Shown here: positions 49,196 to 64,000 of the stretch, piece by piece
How positions within the stretch are numbered: position 1 is the first letter of the stretch
Layout: every line of letters begins with the position of its first letter
Source of the DNA: Hormiphora californensis
Taxonomy: Eukaryota; Animalia; Ctenophora
Reading direction: 5' to 3'
Assembly: GCA_020137815.1 (NCBI GenBank)
Contig: CM035362.1
Coordinates: forward strand, 1,860,001-1,924,000
DNA length: 64,000 bases
Notes under the pieces: generated by a model
What the model saw: only the letters and a program-made list of their open reading frames with translations
Database searches by the model: none
What the model was told of the DNA's origin: nothing
Position numbers and translations under genes: made by a program

Positions 49196-50192
49196 GATCT
49201 GTGCTGTAAATATAGATAATTAGCCTCCAGTGCGAGCTACGTGATGCGTTCAAACGCTCAAATTATAACTTGCACAGAATGAAGCTGGCTACGGGCTAAG
49301 TGCAATGGGTCGCGTATTAGGCGTGGAGGTTGCAAGCCCACAGTCGGCGCCGGGGCTACAACACGGGAGCGAATTACTATTTACTGAGCTTGTACAGATG
49401 GTGTGCTGCTAAGTTGATGGAAGTTTATTGACAACTGAGACAATGAAGTTAGGGAAAGAAAGTACACTAAACTTTATCGGTGTAATTTGAGCACAGTTAT
49501 TTCCAGTCTGAGAAGTGAGAACGTTCGGGAGAATGGATACATCTGAATGTGGCGGGGAACTTTTAACAGTTATAATCTTCCCCACTCGCAACCATTCCTT
49601 AATCCCTTGTTGACAAACATGCAGTGCCCCCCTCAATGCAACCCCAACACGGCAAGGGGCAAGTGGGCACTGGGCAGTGGCAACACCGATTGGCTTCACT
49701 TTTCAACAGCAGAGGAAAAGCAGCATCATGCAGTCCACTGGGATGACGCTAGGAATCTGCTGTAGTGCAAACAACACTCCCACACCTCACACCGAGGTCT
49801 CAGATATCAAAACACACAGCAAGAGACTCGAGAGAAGAAGACACACCACAAACCGGAACGGCCATCTTGAAAAGGCCAGCTAAAGGACAGCTAAATTTTG
49901 AAATCGCGCGGCTCATGTGGCGCGCTGCAGCGTAAACAAATTTGCGCGGCTCAGTCAGCCAGATCGCGCAATTTTTCAGTTTTTTTTCTGCAGTTTTTTT
50001 TCGTGTTTTTACTTTTTGAGACGAGTTTTCTGTTTTTGCACTTTTATCTTGTGAATTTCCAAGAGTTATGAACCTCGACTCTCGGCTGGTAGAGCCGACA
50101 CCCGTCAAAATTTGTTTCAAACTTTTCAACACTACTTTAAACAAATTAATTTGAGTTTCAGCCAAATGTCTGCCTGACCACCCCGGAAGACG

Positions 50193-51404
50193 ATGCCGGA
50201 TATGTCAAACGAGATACTAGCGAAACAGAAAGCAGTGCTGTCGGAGCTATGTGATGACCCCGACTGTAGTGACGAGGTGAAACGGATCGTGAAGGCCTAC
50301 AGTCCTACAGCTAAAAGGTACCAGACCAATCTCAAGGCACTTGATCGTTTTACGGACATTGTTTTGGAGGAGGCTGCGCTTTTCTTTGGGGGGAAACCCC
50401 GTACTGATGACGGAAAGGAAAAACGGTACCGGGACAAAGCCAGTCTCATCGACTGGTTGATAATGGCTATTGAAAGTCTATTTCCGCAATTTTGTGAGGC
50501 ATGCGAGAAAGACTATGTGATCAAAAGGTGTGAGAAATCCAGGTCCAATTGTGGAAGTTGTGGGGCAGGGAGCCATAATTGCACCCTAATCCAGGAGCAA
50601 CCGCTGTGCTCTATTCCAGGTTTCAAGTGGATTTGCCACATGTGTTGCAAGAAACACACACTGGAAAAGTTTGTGGGTTCCAGTGGGGAGTTTGCAAGCC
50701 CTCCCAAGAGTGCAGCAAGTGAGGCTTCGGATGACGCCCTAAGGAGGAGGTTCAGCTTCATGTCAGAGGTTGGAGACACCAAACCAGAACACCAGCAGAA
50801 GCCACCCGGTCAGAAAATCAACAGTGTGGAGGAGGCTGATGAGGGCAAGAAGAAAGACGATGATAAGCCGATCCCGGTGTGCCAACACTACCTACAAAAT
50901 CGGTGCAAGTACGGCCGCTACGGAACGAAGAAGATCGACGGAGTTTCATGCCAGAAGTCACACCCCCCAATGTGCCGGAGATACTGCGCCCATGGGTCCA
51001 TGAAGAAATACGGCTGTCAGCTGGGAAAAGAGTGTCGATACTACCATCCACCTATCTGCCGCTCTTCCCAGTTCAGGCACGAATGCCTCAAGAAGGACTG
51101 TCGTTTTCAGCATCTCAAGAACACCCGACGAGTTGCAGTGGACGAGACTCTCAATCGGAACAGAACCCTGTCTTCTGGTGTCGGAAGGGCTGGGACGAAC
51201 TATGCTAGGGATACGGAGATACCACGATCCCAAAATCCGAGTGGTAGCTCCAATGACACCCGTGAACCACCCCGATTTGATGAGGATTCTTTTTTAGAGA
51301 GACTGTTCGGGAGAATGGAATTGAGAATGAAACAGATGCTAGACAAGAGGCTCGAGAGTATAGAGACGATACGCCCGACTCTAAGTCAATGGAGAGATCG
51401 TTAG
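50193..51404 (+). CDS. LINE ORF1 with PHD-like finger and three CCCH-type zinc fingers, 403 aa
   Basis: CEAC..CGSC..H.C..WICHMC, then CQHYLQNRC..C..SH, CRRY..C..C..YH, CRSS..C..C..QH. Confidence 0.85.
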   Translation: MPDMSNEILAKQKAVLSELCDDPDCSDEVKRIVKAYSPTAKRYQTNLKALDRFTDIVLEEAALFFGGKPRTDDGKEKRYRDKASLIDWLIMAIESLFPQFCEACEKDYVIKRCEKSRSNCGSCGAGSHNCTLIQEQPLCSIPGFKWICHMCCKKHTLEKFVGSSGEFASPPKSAASEASDDALRRRFSFMSEVGDTKPEHQQKPPGQKINSVEEADEGKKKDDDKPIPVCQHYLQNRCKYGRYGTKKIDGVSCQKSHPPMCRRYCAHGSMKKYGCQLGKECRYYHPPICRSSQFRHECLKKDCRFQHLKNTRRVAVDETLNRNRTLSSGVGRAGTNYARDTEIPRSQNPSGSSNDTREPPRFDEDSFLERLFGRMELRMKQMLDKRLESIETIRPTLSQWRDR

Positions 51405-54364
51405 GGACTGTTTCTACTACGAGTAACATATTACTGCTTAATGCAAGGAGTCTAAGTCCGGCAGGTGATACGTGCTGGAAACTGGGCCTTATTAGAGACT
51501 ATATAAGAAATGAGAAAACTCCTACAGTAGCCATTGCAGTTACTGAAACCTGGTTTAAAGGGTATCACTCAGATGCCCAGGTTGAGATACCGGGATATAA
51601 TGTTTATAGGAGTGACAGAGTGAGTAGAGTCGGTGGAGGCTGTGCTCTGTATGTTCACTCGTCGCTGGCTGTTTCTGATAGTACATGTTTTGCTAGTGCG
51701 TTTAACAATATGAAAGCTGTCTATGTTGGCCAGATTAACACCATATTTGCTGCTGTTTATCGTTCAGAGTCGAGTGTTTTGGACTTTCAGAGACTAATGA
51801 ATACCTTACAGACATTTATCGATAAGTACAGTGAGAGCGGGTTACCAGAAGTGGTATTATCGGGTGATTTTAATCTCCCACTCTTTAATTGGGTTGACGG
51901 GTCATCAGTCCCAGTTGATCAGCCTAACTACAATGTTGTATCGGACTTTATGGACACTAATTTTCTATCCCAGGTTGTAGAGGGCCCTACCAGGGGCAAC
52001 AATACGTTAGATCTCGTGTTCACCAATAGACCGGACTACTTCAGCGATATTTCCATTACAGATGAGGGTGTATCAGATCATCTGTGGGTATCATGTCACC
52101 TCACCTTCAACCCTCTCGGTCCAGTAAGTCTATTTCTGCCTGGCAAACTGGAAGGTTATCGGCAACTGGATCTCCATTCAGCGGACTTTGTGAGTATTGA
52201 TGCTGACCTTGCAGCTACTGATTGGGACAAACTGCTTGTTGAGTGTGAGGATCTGGGTGATGAGGATGGCTCATTGTTTGTGGAAGCTGTTCGAGATAGA
52301 GTGTTTAAGGTGGTTAAGTCACATTGCCGAGTGAAGAAAATGCGAAAGGACTTTGTAGACAAGGAGCTCAGGCATTTGACTAGCAGGAGGCGTAAACTTG
52401 ATAAACGTAAGAACGATTCAGTAAAGTGGAAATCGGTGATGGATTGTTTAATTGGGAAAATCAAATCCCATCTGATATCAAGGGACAAGAAAGTGGAGAG
52501 GAAGGCTGTGGGTGCTATCAAGGTGAACCCTAAGTACTTTTATACTCACGTTAAAAAGAACTCCAAGGTTAAATCATCAGTTGCCCCCCTTGAGCGTGCG
52601 GATGGTTCCTTAACTGTGGACCCCCTGGAGAAGGCCAACCTACTACAACACCAGTTTGCTAGCGTCTTCAGCAATCCGGCGGCTATTGATCCCTCTGTGG
52701 CAGCGGGTAACATTGAGGACCTTGGTGAGATCCTGACGACCATGGATTTTTCACAGAATTGTATCCAGAGTGCACTAGAGGAGCTTAAACCCTTTTCGGC
52801 CTCACCTCCGGGCTGCATTCCTTCGTGCATTCTGAAACGATGTAACAGCAGCTTGTCTTATCCTATATGGATGTTATGGAACAAGTCATTTAAAGATGGG
52901 GCTGTTCCAAATTGTTTAAAGCAGCAGTTCATAACACCGATCTTTAAGAAAGGGTCGAAGTCTACGACGGCAAATTATCGCCCTGTGTCGATCACCAGTC
53001 ACCTATCGAAGGTGTTTGAGCGGCTAGTCAGAAAGAGAATAGCTGATTATTTGGATGAGATGCAGTTACAGAGTGAAACGCAACACGGTTTTCGAAAGGG
53101 ACGTAGTACTATGTCCCAACTGTTATCTCATGTTGACTACATCCTAACTGAACTCTGTGGAGATAGAGAAGTTGATGTGCTCTATTTAGACTTTTCTAAA
53201 GCTTTTGATTCGGTGGATATCAATGTGTTGCTAGCTAAGTTGAAAAGGTACGGGATTGGAGGAAAACTTCATCAGTGGATCAGTGCGTGGATCCTGGGCA
53301 GGCAGCAGTGTGTGATGGTGGATGGGGTTAGGTCACCATGGGTGGAGGTGCTCAGCGGGGTGGCGCAGGGTAGTGTCCTGGGCCCTCTCCTCTTCCTTAT
53401 TTATATACTGGACCTGGAATCTGTACTGGATGGTAGTATGTGTCTCACCTTTGCGGATGATACCAAGTTAATGAAAGCCATAACAGATATTGTTGATCAG
53501 GAGGGTTTACAATCTGATCTTTTGAAGGTTACAGAATGGGCCAAGATAAACAATATGGTGCTACATGATCAGAAATTTCAACTCCTGAGTTACAGACTGA
53601 ACAAGTCGGCAATCTACAAAGAATTCCCTTTTTCAGTTGACATATGTTCGTATACCACAAAATCTGGAGTACAACTGTTTCCTGAAGCTGATGTCCGTGA
53701 CTTGGGTGTCCAGATGTCCTCGGATGGTTCTTGGTCTAAGCACATTGCCACCATTGTGAGGAGAGCCTCTCTCCTATCTGGGTGGATTTTCAGTGTTTTT
53801 CGAGATCGTTCACCAGAGGTAATGTTGCAACTCTTCAAATCACTGGTCAGGCCAATTTTGGAGTATTGTTGTCTGGTCTGGGATCCGTCAAAGTCTGGGG
53901 ACATCAAGTCAATTGAGAACGTCCAAAGGTGTTTTACTAGAAGACTTGATGGAATGCAGAATCTCGACTATTGGGAGAGATTAAAAGTTCTCAACCTGAT
54001 GTCTCTTCAACGTAGGAGACAACGTTACATGTTGATACATGTGTGGAAGACGATCCATGGGTTTGTTCCGAAGTCTGCAAATCTTGTGTTCCAACACAGT
54101 GCAAGGCTGGGCATGAGGTTAGTCCCACCAGTGTTTCCATATCGGGCTGAGACCTGGAGAGCGAATCAGTACCATTCTTCCTTCGGACCGAGAGCTGCTC
54201 ACCTGTGGAACAGGTTGCCAGCGGCCGTTAACTCTTGCGGAAGCTTAGGTCAATTCAAATCATCCCTGGGCAATTACTTGACAGGCTTTTATGACCGTCC
54301 CCCTGTCAGAGGCTATCCATCACTTCCCAATGATATTTCCCCTCAATGTGCTGTTCATGTCTGA
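51389..54364 (+). CDS. LINE ORF2 endonuclease / reverse transcriptase, 991 aa
   Basis: LNARS, VTETW, GDFNLP, LDLVFTN, SDH; NYRPVSITS, QHGFRKGRS, LDFSKAFD, GVAQGSVLGP, FADD, RDLGV. Confidence 0.95.
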   Translation: MERSLGTVSTTSNILLLNARSLSPAGDTCWKLGLIRDYIRNEKTPTVAIAVTETWFKGYHSDAQVEIPGYNVYRSDRVSRVGGGCALYVHSSLAVSDSTCFASAFNNMKAVYVGQINTIFAAVYRSESSVLDFQRLMNTLQTFIDKYSESGLPEVVLSGDFNLPLFNWVDGSSVPVDQPNYNVVSDFMDTNFLSQVVEGPTRGNNTLDLVFTNRPDYFSDISITDEGVSDHLWVSCHLTFNPLGPVSLFLPGKLEGYRQLDLHSADFVSIDADLAATDWDKLLVECEDLGDEDGSLFVEAVRDRVFKVVKSHCRVKKMRKDFVDKELRHLTSRRRKLDKRKNDSVKWKSVMDCLIGKIKSHLISRDKKVERKAVGAIKVNPKYFYTHVKKNSKVKSSVAPLERADGSLTVDPLEKANLLQHQFASVFSNPAAIDPSVAAGNIEDLGEILTTMDFSQNCIQSALEELKPFSASPPGCIPSCILKRCNSSLSYPIWMLWNKSFKDGAVPNCLKQQFITPIFKKGSKSTTANYRPVSITSHLSKVFERLVRKRIADYLDEMQLQSETQHGFRKGRSTMSQLLSHVDYILTELCGDREVDVLYLDFSKAFDSVDINVLLAKLKRYGIGGKLHQWISAWILGRQQCVMVDGVRSPWVEVLSGVAQGSVLGPLLFLIYILDLESVLDGSMCLTFADDTKLMKAITDIVDQEGLQSDLLKVTEWAKINNMVLHDQKFQLLSYRLNKSAIYKEFPFSVDICSYTTKSGVQLFPEADVRDLGVQMSSDGSWSKHIATIVRRASLLSGWIFSVFRDRSPEVMLQLFKSLVRPILEYCCLVWDPSKSGDIKSIENVQRCFTRRLDGMQNLDYWERLKVLNLMSLQRRRQRYMLIHVWKTIHGFVPKSANLVFQHSARLGMRLVPPVFPYRAETWRANQYHSSFGPRAAHLWNRLPAAVNSCGSLGQFKSSLGNYLTGFYDRPPVRGYPSLPNDISPQCAVHV

Positions 54365-55272
54365 GAGTGGCTGAGAGGTGATACGTGTTTAATTTATTTA
54401 GGTGGACCCACTAAGGGAAGGCCTGTTGTGTACACTAAAACTTTTATTGTAAACTTGTAAACTTGTAAACCTCCAGCACCAAATATGCCAACAAAATTTG
54501 TTAAATTTCTCCGAGAAATTTTCTCGTTCGGACGTAGGCCGTAGCCTGAAAAGGGTTGCAAACCGTTAACCGCGGTGTTTAGTTTACATTATACATAAAC
54601 ATTTTTATTTTGGTTTGGTCCATGTTGTTACTGTACCGGGCTAAATCAAGAAAGTTAATTTCAAATGTTTGCAGTAAGATTTTTAAGGTTCAATGGAGGG
54701 CCGAGGGCGGAGGCTCCTCAGACATCAGTGCTCACTGCTCACTGAACACATATCGGTTTTGAGCTAACCCCTAATATTATTAATAAACAAAACAGTTATT
54801 TAATAACTCCTAAGCTTGCATGGCTAGACTGTGTTTCGGGCGCCCCGCCCCCGAATCACAACGTAAAGGGAGGGTTAGAACTTAGAACATAACAATCCTA
54901 AGCTGCTAAGAGCTACCATTTAACAGTTTTATTTAGTTTTCAAGTTGAAACTTGCTTTTACCACTACTATTTATTTATTTATTTCAAACCATCTTAAACC
55001 GACTATCCGTACTTGTATCAGTTCTTTAGCACGCAAGAAGATGCAATATTACACATGTACTAATGTACTGTCGGGTACTGTATCAGAGATAATAAATAAT
55101 AATAAATAACATTTCAAGCTCTCCCAGTCTCTGCATTTAAACAATTAAATACCACTTTAGAAAGTGCGTGAGTGTGTATAGCGTAGGCTCAAGGCTGTCA
55201 ATATACGTGCTCCAAAGTTATTACACTAAAGAGTGGTAAAATTGTTATTTTAAATCAAGTATTTTTCCAGTC

Positions 55273-61333
<6,061 letters not shown>

Positions 61334-61673
61334 GAAGGGTAATTACTGGGTAATTATCGGGTTATCTGCTGGGTAATTAACTGTTAATTACCGGTTAATT
61401 ACGGGGTAGAATTAGAAAGGGTGCTTAATTTTGAGAGTGTTGTTTCTCACAATACCCTGCATAGCTGTGATGTGGTTTGATACGAACACTAATTAGTTAA
61501 TTAATTAATTACTAATTACAGGAATTTGTGTGGTCGAGAGACTGAGAATGTTTGACTAAGTTTCTACTTAATGATGATATATGAGTGGTAATGAGATTGA
61601 TTTATACATATGATAAGTTAACCCCCTAGCGATTACATGTTTCTAGCACACGTCCATTCACCTTCCCGACAAC

Positions 61674-61782
61674 CAGGAACCGATCGAATCAGGAAATACT
61701 GGTCCCTGGTTGGCTGATAACCAGTCACGTGACCTAAATAACGAGTTCTTATTGGTTGTTTACTTGTTTCGGTCGGTTCCTG
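61674..61782. mobile_element. Complete hAT-type MITE copy, inverted
   Basis: Same TIRs as 3507-3615; 8-bp target duplication CCGACAAC. Confidence 0.88.
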
Positions 61783-62449
61783 CCGACAACCCACTGTCAG
61801 TCCTGGTTATTTCAATTTTCACTGCACACACTTTTTCTGCGTTTCTCGGATCCTGTATAATTTGAGACGTAAGCTAGAATTAAGGAGAGAATTGATTGAT
61901 GAGTTTATGTTACGAATCACAATAATATTATTACCACACCTAGAATATTGATGTCTGGCGGCGCCAACCCGGTGTTGATTATCAAAACGATCTTTTCTGA
62001 GCGTGCCACAGCCGCGCTTTTAGTGTGCGACAGTGCACTCAGATCTTGTTGAGTACCCAACAACTCAGATCGGGTAGGTGCTGCCAGGCAGTATCACAAG
62101 GATTGATAATGATGGTGTATGTACTATGTGTGATGATCTCTTTTTTTCGATAGGTGCTTTTTTGAGCCGAAACTCCTGAATTTACTTTTGCAGATGCAAC
62201 AATTAATCAATTTACAATTCTCACAACATCAACAACTAGAACTAAATAAATAACATGCAGAATCAAATAGTTCAGTAAGCTCAATCAGCATCGTTTAGTT
62301 CAGACTTTGATTGAGAGTCACGGGCTTTGTGAATGAACAGTAGACTCTGGACTCTGGACTCTGGCCACGCGATGGAGAGATCTCAGGAATTATTAGGATG
62401 GCCATGGGGGGAAGTTCCTGGTCATGATATTGCTCCTTCCAGTATCTCC

Positions 62450-63549
62450 TCAAAGAGCATGAGACGAAGCAGCTATCTTACTACTTGCCGTCACCGCACT
62501 AAATCCCCTAACAACCCCCGCCCTTAACTTACTGCCTCGTGCCAGCAATACCACTGGGTTAGCCACTGCATTCCACCAGGGCAGCAACCAAGACAGGGTG
62601 AAGACAAGCGGGTATTGTGGCTCTGAGTACATACCCAGTGTTGGATCTATTATCAAGTAGGCGGCCAGGGATGAGGAGTTAAAAACAAGGAATGTGGTGG
62701 TTAGGATCAGGATTGTGATAGTAATAGACCTCTGGTAGATGGTACTCCCGGTACCGGTGAACCGTTTTGATTGCAACAGAATGTACCCTTGGTGGATACA
62801 ACACAGTGTGCAAATCAGAGCGGGTAGGAGGAAGGGAGCGATTGAAGTTAGAATGTGGGTGTAGTATAACTCTTTGTGGTCGTTTGGTAGTATTTTGAAG
62901 ACGTTGTGCCGTATTTCGGTGAGGATTTCTTCACCACAGGAATTCCACCAAAGAACCTTATTCTCCAGGTTCCCTATCTGTGAAATATATTTAGGGGTTC
63001 AAAGAGAACCTACGAGGTTGAATTGACAGATGTTTTTTGATCGAATCTAAAATCCTCCTAGTCCTCTATTTAGAAGCTCTAAAAGGATCCAACTTACCGG
63101 TCGGATAAGGTCAGGAAGGAGGAAGAGAGAACACAGCACTGGGTAGGTTAGAGCAGCAAAAACAACGAGCTTGAAGTTGATGGTGAAGAAGGGGTTCGCC
63201 ATGTGGATACCTGAAATTGAGAAGAGAGAGAGAGAGAGAGAGGGGGGGAAGAGAGACAGGGAGGGAGGAGACATAAACAGAGATTCAGACAGAAAAACTT
63301 GATCAATAAAGAACCTCTGATCTTTAGCTTACCTCTAACAACAGCGAGCATGGTAGTAAGAAACGCACTGGTCCTCAAACACACATTACCCAGGAAGAAG
63401 ACTCCAAAAAGGAGCACCGAGTGAAGGGGTGTGAAGGTGTCGGTAGCAAGACGGAGTGAGAAGTAGAGGGCAGCCAGGAGTGATGTGACGCCTGTTAGGG
63501 CATCTGTGATGGATAGACAGACGTACATGAAGGGAACTGGAGCTTTCAT
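62450..63549 (-). CDS. Rhodopsin-like (class A) GPCR, 3' exons only
   Basis: Exons 63549-63333, 63210-63098, 62977-62450 splice in frame to give six hydrophobic helices with LSITD (TM2), LAVVR..I..PF (TM3), PFLLP (TM5) and NAVANP (TM7). The TM1 exon is probably beyond the window. Confidence 0.8.
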
Positions 63550-64000
63550 CTGAAGAGAGGGAGGGAGATTTAGGGACCAACTTACAAAAAGTTCCCGGGT
63601 ATGTAAGGGGCACAAAACTTAAAGTTTTATTGTTTGGGTATTGCAATTGGTGAATAAGTTCTCACATTTTTAATGTAAAATGAAGTTATAAAGGGGTTTA
63701 AGAAGACTGCAGCTATCCCCACTAAATAGCACGATCCACCGAACGCCATTAGAATCTCATTAGACAGCGCTACCGGATCTTGTGACGACTGAAATAGTGT
63801 AGTTTTTGTAAAGTTAGGGACGATCTGTCTGGCGGCGCCACTGACCCCGTTTTAATTCTCAGTGCGTTTAGATCGGGTCGGCGGCGCCAGATAGTGGTAG
63901 ATAGACTAGAGCAAGAAAAGATGGGGAAAAGATAGGGAAAAGATAGTAAGGGAAGATAGTAAGGGAAGATCTATAACATAAAAGTAGTTAGTTACCGTTA

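Larger units (their letters stand above)
49890..54470 (+). mobile_element. CR1/L2-group non-LTR retrotransposon with two intact ORFs
   Basis: ORF1 plus APE/RT ORF2 overlapping by 16 nt; 3' tail (TTGTAAAC)3 at 54447-54470. The 5' end is approximate and no TSD was found. Confidence 0.9.

Noticed and set aside
49380-49880. Short ORFs upstream of the CR1-like LINE
   Set aside because: Looks like a decayed dispersed repeat (similar block at 57011-57400); no coherent coding frame.

Overview
Intron-rich animal genomic DNA, most likely from a ctenophore (Pleurobrachia-like). That assignment is an inference from recalled repeat and protein families. Genes in order: the 3' part of an EFF-1/AFF-1-type cell-cell fusogen (+); a complete ~40-exon RNA polymerase II largest subunit RPB1/POLR2A (-) with a short, degenerate CTD; CENPJ/SAS-4 (-) with a nested antisense secreted-protein gene; an unknown multi-exon gene (+); an intronless BTB gene (-); ATG3 (+); and the 3' part of a rhodopsin-type GPCR (-). 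Mobile DNA includes an RTE LINE with an intact ORF, an intact two-ORF CR1/L2-like LINE and several MITE families. The most striking unexplained pattern is that splice junctions themselves are repeatedly tandem-amplified, at least 9 cases in RPB1 and ATG3. The extreme case is about 55 in-frame 33-bp copies of one RPB1 acceptor, each an AG|GT junction, split by the RTE element, which is flanked by an exact ~790-bp direct duplication. Introns are also filled with X-box-like and CArG-like motif arrays, and long (CT)n tracts lie on the sense strand. Exon coordinates were read by hand and may be off by a few bases.
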